Virus record (IMG/VR): IMGVR_UViG_3300030406_001933
Span: 1 to 59,352 of that record
Strand: one strand, 5' to 3'
Origin: a virus
Lineage: Duplodnaviria > Caudoviricetes
Length of the DNA stretch: 59,352 nucleotides
Part shown: positions 52,632-59,352 of the stretch, piece by piece
Layout of the letters: each line of letters starts with the position of its first letter
Numbering within the stretch: the first letter of the stretch is position 1
Made by a program: the position numbers and the translations under genes
Notes under the pieces: generated by a model
Told to the model about the DNA's origin: nothing
Database searches by the model: none
Seen by the model: only the letters and a program-made list of their open reading frames with translations

Positions 52632-53077
52632 TATACTATTCCTTTTTTATAAATCGCTCCTTGTTTTGTATATCCCATTCTGGTCATTACTTTATCATAT
52701 TGCTCGTTAGGAGCACCAGCATATGTCACAGAGTAATTCACTTCTTTGCACCCTTTTTCTTTCGCCCACTTTTCAAAGTCTTTGAGTAACTTGAAACCTG
52801 CCAATTGACTACTTTGATCAGTAAAGAGTAACTCTTCTTGAGCCAAGATATCACTACCCCATAGATAGTTTGTAATGTATCCAAGAAGGTATGCCATAGG
52901 CTTATCGCCTTTGTAATATACTCTGAAGTACTTATTTGGATTTCCACAAAACCTGCTTGCATATTCTCGTACAATGTTTTCATCGTAGTGAGTATCTTTG
53001 TATATACTCGTTCCGTGCATTTCTTTAGCAAGTGGTAGTAGTGTTTCAATATCTTCATATGTGCCTTCCTTTATCAT
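52631..53077 (-). CDS. GNAT-family N-acyltransferase
   Basis: IKEGTYEDI...AQEELLF...GFKLLKDFEKWAKEKGCKEV...RMGY: typical GNAT motif A/B layout. Confidence 0.85.
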   Translation of the reverse strand: MIKEGTYEDIETLLPLAKEMHGTSIYKDTHYDENIVREYASRFCGNPNKYFRVYYKGDKPMAYLLGYITNYLWGSDILAQEELLFTDQSSQLAGFKLLKDFEKWAKEKGCKEVNYSVTYAGAPNEQYDKVMTRMGYTKQGAIYKKGIV

Positions 53078-53078
53078 A

Positions 53079-54302
53079 TTAGTAATACGCTATTCCAAAG
53101 CCACCACGACCGCCGAGAGAAAACCCTCTGTCTGCTTTGTAAACTGCATTACCAAATGTTCCAAACCTTTCTTCTCTAGGTTCTCCACTTCTATCAGTGA
53201 ACCTACGAAGATAATCTATACCAGCTAATTCTTGTGGTCTAGTTAGATTACCATATATGTTTTTACCAGATGCCATAGCTGGTCCTAAATTACTTCCTAA
53301 ATATTGTGCTGCACCTTGTGCACCTAATCCTAAATTAAGTGTAGACCCAGGTAATTGTATTCTTGGTACATTCATACCAGATGTATTTTCAAAATAACTT
53401 GGAATCTTAGGTGGATCCATAACCGTTCCTAACATAGTTCCTAAGCTACCACCCAAAGAACTACCAGCTACTGCACCTAAGTTAGCACCTGCTATTGTTG
53501 AACCAACCATAGGTATTTTGTTTACAAGGTTTGCTGCGTTAACTGCAAAACCGCTAGTGTTACCTGCAGCTGTTTGAAGTAATGATTGGTTTGTTATGTT
53601 AGCAACTGGGTTCACATTTGTAGGGATAGTAAATCCACCCTTCGCAGCTGTACCAACTGAACTCAAATCAACTACATTACCTCCACTAACAACCTGCATA
53701 TCTCCAGGGAAAACAGAACCTGCTGGAACATCTTTTGGTATAGTCGTTGTTCCCATAAGTTTACCACCAATATAAGAACCTGCTGCAGTTCCTGCTGCAT
53801 TCATCAATGCTTGTCCCCAAGTTCCTCCAGCACCTTTCGTGGCTAGACCAGATCCAACCGCTGCACCTATCGTAGACGCAGTACCAGCAGATATTGAAGC
53901 AGGTAATAAGTATGGTGCAGCCATAGCCGCAGCTGCTGTTACAGCAATTCTACCTATTGGGCTTTTTACAATTTTTTTGAATACTCTTGATATACCTCTA
54001 AAGATTTTACCAAAGAAAAAGTGTTGAGGACTATTAGGATTCATTGGGTCGTAATTACCCATCTCTGATCCTGCAAACATAGCCATTGGATTACCACCTT
54101 CTTTGATGGTCTTTAACATTAGCTGTGCAAGTAATGCCTGTCCTTCTTTATCTTGAAATATTTTAGGATGTACTACAAACTCGCCTGGTTCTAGCTTTGC
54201 ATCAATAGTATCTTTACTAGCCATCTGATCAAACTCTTGTTTTGCAACAAAGTCTTTTTGATCAAATCCTCCAAAGTTATCTACATAATCTTTAAATGCC
54301 AT
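53079..54302 (-). CDS. Internal virion protein with amphipathic membrane-active helix
   Basis: DTIDAKLEPGEFVV N-domain, FFFGKIFRGISRVFKKIVKS helix, Gly/Ala-rich TM segments, ends GRGGFGIAYY. Confidence 0.7.
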   Translation of the reverse strand: MAFKDYVDNFGGFDQKDFVAKQEFDQMASKDTIDAKLEPGEFVVHPKIFQDKEGQALLAQLMLKTIKEGGNPMAMFAGSEMGNYDPMNPNSPQHFFFGKIFRGISRVFKKIVKSPIGRIAVTAAAAMAAPYLLPASISAGTASTIGAAVGSGLATKGAGGTWGQALMNAAGTAAGSYIGGKLMGTTTIPKDVPAGSVFPGDMQVVSGGNVVDLSSVGTAAKGGFTIPTNVNPVANITNQSLLQTAAGNTSGFAVNAANLVNKIPMVGSTIAGANLGAVAGSSLGGSLGTMLGTVMDPPKIPSYFENTSGMNVPRIQLPGSTLNLGLGAQGAAQYLGSNLGPAMASGKNIYGNLTRPQELAGIDYLRRFTDRSGEPREERFGTFGNAVYKADRGFSLGGRGGFGIAYY

Positions 54303-54311
54303 AATATCACC

Positions 54312-56150
54312 TTATACAGATAGTGTAGCTGCTGCTATACCAACCTCCAAACTATTTGCTCCAGAAGTATTTGTTACTACTAACTCTAATCGTCTACCTG
54401 TTGTTGTTCCATCAATCTCAATTGTTGTCGGCATATTGACAGAAGCTCTGGTAGTAGAGGAAGAGAATGTACTTCCAATTGTTGAACCGTCTACAGATAA
54501 TTGAATAGTACAAGTACCTGCTGCGAGCTTATGGGTGATACCATCTAATCTTAATTTCTGTTTCCATATATTAGAAACAAAGTATGTTTTGTTAGTTACG
54601 GTTACAGAAGCATCTTCCCATACATTAAAAAATGAAATAGTAGATGTAGCAAAGATATCAGGTAATTGGTTAGTAGGTATCTTCGCACTACTATCTAGTG
54701 AAGCAACACCATTAACTGCACCTCTATCTGTTTTCGGTAACACTGAAGATAAGTCTAGCGTACCATATTCTAATGCCGTACCAGTTCCATTAACACGAAC
54801 ATATTGTGACGCGTTGGAAGCTAAGAAAGTAGGCAGTGAGCTTTCTGGTGATGTTTCTAACCACTGAGTACCAGTGTAAAACTTTAAGATATTAGGAACT
54901 TGTGATGTATCTAACCATAGATCTCCTGTTACAGCACCTGATGGTGTTGATATACCAGAAGTAATGTTTGCTTTGTTAGCAAGACTTGTAGATAACTGAT
55001 TTACTTTGTTCTGTGGTATCTCGTTGTTTTGTATATTTAGTTTATTGTAATTAATAAATCCTTGTTCGTTTGTATATTCATCTTCAAACATCAAACCAGC
55101 AATTGTTTTTTGTGCTTGGTTTTCAACCGTAATAACTACAACCCTATCGTTCTGAGCTAATGAACTTGTAAATGTTATTGTTGCTGTTTGTGGTGAGTTA
55201 ATATAGTCAGCACCACCACCTGGTTCCTGTAAGATACCATTTTTCCATACCAACAAAGTTTCGTCACTAGAGTGAACGAATGCTACAGAGTTAGTAGATG
55301 TACTAACTAATGTATCTTGTCTACGGAAGTTAGTTACTGATTGAGAACGCACGCTGTAGATTGTGTATTTATCTGCTAACGCAGTTCCTGTTGCAGTTGA
55401 TATCGTAATAGTATTTGCAGCAGTGTTTGTTGTGTATTCAGCTGCAGATCCAGTTGTGGCTAGACCAAGTAAAACTCCGTTTTTATAAATTACTATGTCC
55501 TCTGTGTTCTGATCAAATGTGTATGGAATCACATTGGCACTACTAGCAATAGGAGCAAGAGTAGAAGTAGCAGTAGCTTGAGTACCATTGGCAGGTGGAG
55601 TAATGGTTACTGAAGGTGCTACGGTGTATCCACCTCCTTGTGCAGTTGAAGCTATGTTAACTGCAGTTACAACTCCAGCAGTAAGAACAGCAGTGGCAGT
55701 TGGTGCTGATCCGTTGATAGAGTCTTGAGGTGTAGTAAAAGAAACGGTAGGGACAGAAGTGTATCCAGACCCACCACTCGTTACGGTGACTGTCTGTACT
55801 CCTGTTGTAATTAATTTATCTTGTCTATTGAAAAAGAAAGGACCTTCAACGGTTCCAACATTCGCTCCAGATGGACCTCGTAATGAAGAAATTGTAATTA
55901 GATCTTGCCAACCATCATCTGCTCCAGGATATGTACCAACCCTATATTGTAGACCATTAACTGTGTCTACTCTCATTTCAATAGGACCTTGGAATGTTCC
56001 TGATTCGTTAAACAGAACCGATAATAGTTCAGCGATTGTTTTATCACCAAACTCTGCTGTGTTTAGATATCTGATGATGTTCTCAAAATCAGTATGTATA
56101 TTACCTGATGATACATAGTTTTGAGGATGTTGTTGTCTAAGTCTTGCCAT
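54312..56150 (-). CDS. Tail fibre/spike-type structural protein
   Basis: 612 aa Thr/Ser-rich; GGSGYTSVPTV / GGGYTVAPSV repeats, (Y/W)KNG(V/I)L repeats, NGVASLDSSAKIP motif. Confidence 0.75.
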   Translation of the reverse strand: MARLRQQHPQNYVSSGNIHTDFENIIRYLNTAEFGDKTIAELLSVLFNESGTFQGPIEMRVDTVNGLQYRVGTYPGADDGWQDLITISSLRGPSGANVGTVEGPFFFNRQDKLITTGVQTVTVTSGGSGYTSVPTVSFTTPQDSINGSAPTATAVLTAGVVTAVNIASTAQGGGYTVAPSVTITPPANGTQATATSTLAPIASSANVIPYTFDQNTEDIVIYKNGVLLGLATTGSAAEYTTNTAANTITISTATGTALADKYTIYSVRSQSVTNFRRQDTLVSTSTNSVAFVHSSDETLLVWKNGILQEPGGGADYINSPQTATITFTSSLAQNDRVVVITVENQAQKTIAGLMFEDEYTNEQGFINYNKLNIQNNEIPQNKVNQLSTSLANKANITSGISTPSGAVTGDLWLDTSQVPNILKFYTGTQWLETSPESSLPTFLASNASQYVRVNGTGTALEYGTLDLSSVLPKTDRGAVNGVASLDSSAKIPTNQLPDIFATSTISFFNVWEDASVTVTNKTYFVSNIWKQKLRLDGITHKLAAGTCTIQLSVDGSTIGSTFSSSTTRASVNMPTTIEIDGTTTGRRLELVVTNTSGANSLEVGIAAATLSV

Positions 56151-56153
56151 AAT

Positions 56154-57647
56154 TTATCCCTGCCTTACTGTAACGGCAAAGCCTATAACTTTTAATAGTC
56201 CTTTACCTTTTGTTTTTAATCTAAATTGAACACCTCTATAACGATGTTCAAATTTCCTTTCATATTGTCTACTTAACGGCACATCTGGGAATTTGTCGTC
56301 CGCTCCGTCCTCTTCTATAAGAAAAACCATAGAACTCAAATACCTACCTCGCTCATCAAAAGCTTCTACCGTTATCTCTCCTTTACCAGTTGCTTGTAAT
56401 ATAAAAGAATAGCTTTCTTTTACATCATTTATAGCACCTTGCCAAAGTATAGGAGTTAGTACCGTCATCTCTGGACTGAAGTCTGTTATATCTTCAATCC
56501 TAGCTCTTTCCCAAATACCACCAGGAGTACCAAAAACTGTTGTTCCTCCTAGCTGTCTACCATTCATAGCATTTAAGAATGTACCTGTTGACCATTTACT
56601 TTCACCACCAGACATAGGGTTTAGAGTCAATGTTAATCTAGTACAAAGAAGATCAGATATAGGGAAGAATATATGATATTGACCTTCATCTTGGTCAAAC
56701 ATAGCACTAATGTTTTCAGGATTAGCAACTTGCTTAACTAAAGCTCTATAAGTTAAGTCAATTTTATTTGACATTGGTATAGAGAATATAGTTACGCCGT
56801 TTGTATCTGATCTTCTTAACGAGTGTACCCCATCTCTAGAACAGAACATAAGGTCTGAACCAGCTGGTACAATTGTATTATGACTTAAAGTTCCTACTTT
56901 AACATTGGCTTTATCATCTATTTGCCATTGTGTGAAATCTGGGTGCAGTGCATATACAACAACTTGGTCGTTTGTAAATACTGCTAATCTGTTATTTTCA
57001 AAAACACCTAAACCTTTTATTTCATCTGCAGTACCAATGATGTTAGCAACATCTATATCTGCAGCTTTAGTTACTGCTGTTGCTGCTGGATCTTCATCAT
57101 CTGGAAAAACATTGAATTCATCAACACGACTTATATCTATTGTTGTTCTTTTATCTGGTGCTCCTGCTATTGCTAACCTTCTTTGAATAGCAACTCCAAA
57201 TGCTGGTCTTGGATCTGAACTGGCTTCAATCTTTCTAAATTTTAAACCATCATATCTATACATATTGTTATCTCTATTAAAGAAGATAACATTGTTATTG
57301 AATAGTGTAGATGTTGTTATGTTGTTTTTAGGATATACTTCTTCTGCTATATGGTCTTGATCTGATTTTAAAGATATACCACCACCATCTTTCTGTGCCC
57401 ATACAAGTCTGTTACGACCATAAAAGTTTAAATGTTTGATTAATCTATCCCCAGATGTCCTTTGACTAGCACCTGCATCCCTAACAATAGATCCCCTCCA
57501 ATCAGCAAAACCATTATCTATGGTTATCAAATGCTGTTTTTGACCTGTATCTAAAGCGGCTTTATCTCGGGACGCATCAACACCTTGAAAATCTTCATAA
57601 GGATAAACCTTTACCTTTACACCAGATGGTGCATAAGCTGTTGACAT
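56154..57647 (-). CDS. Tail nozzle / head-closure (stabilisation) protein
   Basis: 497 aa beta-rich, in the tail tubular B / P22 gp10 position. Confidence 0.65.
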   Translation of the reverse strand: MSTAYAPSGVKVKVYPYEDFQGVDASRDKAALDTGQKQHLITIDNGFADWRGSIVRDAGASQRTSGDRLIKHLNFYGRNRLVWAQKDGGGISLKSDQDHIAEEVYPKNNITTSTLFNNNVIFFNRDNNMYRYDGLKFRKIEASSDPRPAFGVAIQRRLAIAGAPDKRTTIDISRVDEFNVFPDDEDPAATAVTKAADIDVANIIGTADEIKGLGVFENNRLAVFTNDQVVVYALHPDFTQWQIDDKANVKVGTLSHNTIVPAGSDLMFCSRDGVHSLRRSDTNGVTIFSIPMSNKIDLTYRALVKQVANPENISAMFDQDEGQYHIFFPISDLLCTRLTLTLNPMSGGESKWSTGTFLNAMNGRQLGGTTVFGTPGGIWERARIEDITDFSPEMTVLTPILWQGAINDVKESYSFILQATGKGEITVEAFDERGRYLSSMVFLIEEDGADDKFPDVPLSRQYERKFEHRYRGVQFRLKTKGKGLLKVIGFAVTVRQG

Positions 57648-58361
57648 CTACTTTCTCCCAGCATCGTATGCTCTATTACTACATAGATTATCAGAACCTC
57701 TGTCGTGTGGGCTGATTTCTATCTTAGAATTACCATACTTTCTATTATATAAAACTCTGTTCATAGTCCTAAAGTACATAGGACCATATGCTTCTACCTT
57801 GTTTGATTGTTGTTGAACTGCATAGTTGTAAAGTAATCCTGCAACCATAATTTGATCTGGTACATTCCTATGTTCTGTAGGATGTGTATAGTAATCTACC
57901 TCTAAATTATCAAAGTAAGGATGTGATCTTAGATCTTCTAATACTAAATTAGCGAATTCAATAAACATCATAATGACTTCGCCGTCTACAGTTCCAGGGT
58001 GCATATCTCCATATCTACGCAAAGCTTGCATAGCTAATGTTTGTAATGAAGAATATGGTTCACCTAGATGTGGATTAGATGCTGAATATCTATTCCTATC
58101 GTTTACATTTTCATCTAAGTATTTAAGTTGTGCGTTGGTTGCTAATCTATCTTTTTCTTTATTAATGTTTGTTCTTAGATCAACACCACCTGGTCTTACA
58201 TTACCATTTTCATCTCTATTAGTTGGTTCTTCCGTTGGTTTAGGAAGGTCTACATAGTCTGATTTGGAAACATTCTGGTTACTGCTAGTAGTACCAGCTG
58301 TGTTTGTAGACGATGTAGAACTATACCCCGAAGATGAAGAACCTGAGCTGTAAGAAGCCAT
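57648..58361 (-). CDS. Putative head-tail adaptor
   Basis: 237 aa with helical C-half, between capsid and nozzle genes. Confidence 0.55.
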   Translation of the reverse strand: MASYSSGSSSSGYSSTSSTNTAGTTSSNQNVSKSDYVDLPKPTEEPTNRDENGNVRPGGVDLRTNINKEKDRLATNAQLKYLDENVNDRNRYSASNPHLGEPYSSLQTLAMQALRRYGDMHPGTVDGEVIMMFIEFANLVLEDLRSHPYFDNLEVDYYTHPTEHRNVPDQIMVAGLLYNYAVQQQSNKVEAYGPMYFRTMNRVLYNRKYGNSKIEISPHDRGSDNLCSNRAYDAGRK

Positions 58362-58660
58362 TACTCATCTCCCTTGATAATCCTTCTGTGCTTGAAGAAT
58401 ATGTGTTGTTCAAACCTATCTGCTTTGTCTGCAGGTATTCTCCATACGAGATGTGATCTATCTTTATTCCACAATCCCTTATATTTCTCACCTGCCACAT
58501 TCATATCCCAACTAACCTTTTCTGGATTAGCACTTACATAGTAAGCCCATTGTGAACCCACTTTCTTTTGAGTTACAATTGGATCTTTGACTGCTTCTTT
58601 AGCTACTTTATCTTTAGCTTTTTGTGCAGACTTAAACCTTTTTACATCTTTTTCTGTCAT
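58361..58660 (-). CDS. Hypothetical protein
   Basis: 99 aa, AGGAG SD, after the capsid terminator. Confidence 0.7.
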   Translation of the reverse strand: MTEKDVKRFKSAQKAKDKVAKEAVKDPIVTQKKVGSQWAYYVSANPEKVSWDMNVAGEKYKGLWNKDRSHLVWRIPADKADRFEQHIFFKHRRIIKGDE

Positions 58661-58674
58661 ATATCCTATCTCCT

Positions 58675-58713
58675 AAATAAAAAGGGCTAGAGTTATCACT
58701 AACCCCAGCCCTT
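58675..58713 (-). terminator. Rho-independent terminator after capsid gene
   Basis: mRNA AAGGGCUGGGGUUA-GUGA-UAACUCUAGCCCUU followed by UUAUUU. Confidence 0.85.
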
Positions 58714-58745
58714 AGTTTACCTTTATATAAGAATTAGTCGTCCTA

Positions 58746-59352
58746 TTACGATAGAGCAGACCAGTTCTTAATTCTGTGGTGTACTTTAGAGTGGGTCATT
58801 TCTAATCCACACTCTGACATATACATATGTTTAACACCATCAAAATCGTTATTTTGGATATCTCTTACGAGTTGAGTATCTCTACCCGCCATATAACGAT
58901 AGTTCAAGTGATTCATATCTAAGATAAGCATCTCTTGCGATAGTGCACTAACCTGACGGAACATAGGGTGCATATATACAAGAAGATCACCAGCAAATGT
59001 AGTGTATCTTGTAAATGCTACGCCATATGCGTTGTCAATCTGCACAGGTTGCCATCTGTTTTTACCTAGTTCCATCATATTAGTGATACAACGAGGACCC
59101 GCAAAGGCTACCTTTTCGTTTGATCCAAAAGCAAAGATGTCCTCAATTAAGAATTTATCAAACTCTTTCTCAGTCATCTTGTTAGAAGAAGTTGTAGCAG
59201 ATGCACAATCAATTACATTTGTAATCATACTGAACAATCCACCAGTAGTTCTTTTTGGATTTGCAGTTGAGCCGTTAGTTTCACCTCTAGTTCCAAAGAA
59301 AAAAGCTCTTTCAATGTCACCCATATGTAATTTTAGGGCTTTTGTAAGTTGC
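58746..59352 (-). CDS. Major capsid protein, C-terminal part
   Basis: In-frame continuation of 1..704: DIERAFFFG...TTGGL...YTTFAGDLLVYMHP...ECGLEM. Confidence 0.9.
   Translation of the reverse strand, partial: QLTKALKLHMGDIERAFFFGTRGETNGSTANPKRTTGGLFSMITNVIDCASATTSSNKMTEKEFDKFLIEDIFAFGSNEKVAFAGPRCITNMMELGKNRWQPVQIDNAYGVAFTRYTTFAGDLLVYMHPMFRQVSALSQEMLILDMNHLNYRYMAGRDTQLVRDIQNNDFDGVKHMYMSECGLEMTHSKVHHRIKNWSALS
59224..59352. repeat. Terminal direct repeat, right copy
   Basis: Matches 1-129 with two mismatches (59301, 59330). Confidence 0.97.

Noticed and set aside
1-59352. Stop-codon reassignment
   Set aside because: Standard code gives dense, uninterrupted ORFs, and TAA, TAG and TGA all terminate well-coupled genes.

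Overview
This is an apparently complete, circularly permuted ~59.2 kb genome of an AT-rich tailed dsDNA phage with podovirus-like architecture and gene content typical of marine phages; an alphaproteobacterial host is plausible but not provable here. The ends overlap by 129 bp (two synonymous mismatches) inside an SU10-type major capsid gene. The minus strand carries the packaging and virion genes: TerS, a cluster of tiny basic proteins, TerL, portal, an RCC1 fibre, scaffold, capsid, adaptor, nozzle, tail protein, a GNAT, and ejection proteins including a 3987-aa cysteine-free polyvalent protein. A + strand early block (11.3-23.3 kb) holds a DUF6878/DUF6915-like pair, a CobS/CobT-like AAA+/vWA pair, a tyrosine recombinase, HTH regulators and a DenV-like glycosylase. 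Replication appears to rest on a primase-polymerase/helicase fusion with no recognisable family A/B DNA polymerase, plus a Sak4-like ATPase, SSB, exonuclease, resolvase and dNMP kinase; holin and GH24 lysozyme follow. The best candidate for an undescribed system is the ejection cassette at 51-54.3 kb: a GNAT acyltransferase directly followed by two Met-Cys-polyGly proteins, a piscidin-like amphipathic helix in the upstream protein, and a shared C-terminal RxGFG motif. Other notable signals are a conserved UACG RNA hairpin in the scaffold and capsid leaders, an AGGAYGAY late motif, an 18-bp operator shared by two distant loci, a structured early RNA, and apparent CATG/palindrome avoidance. Family names come from motif recognition, not database searches.
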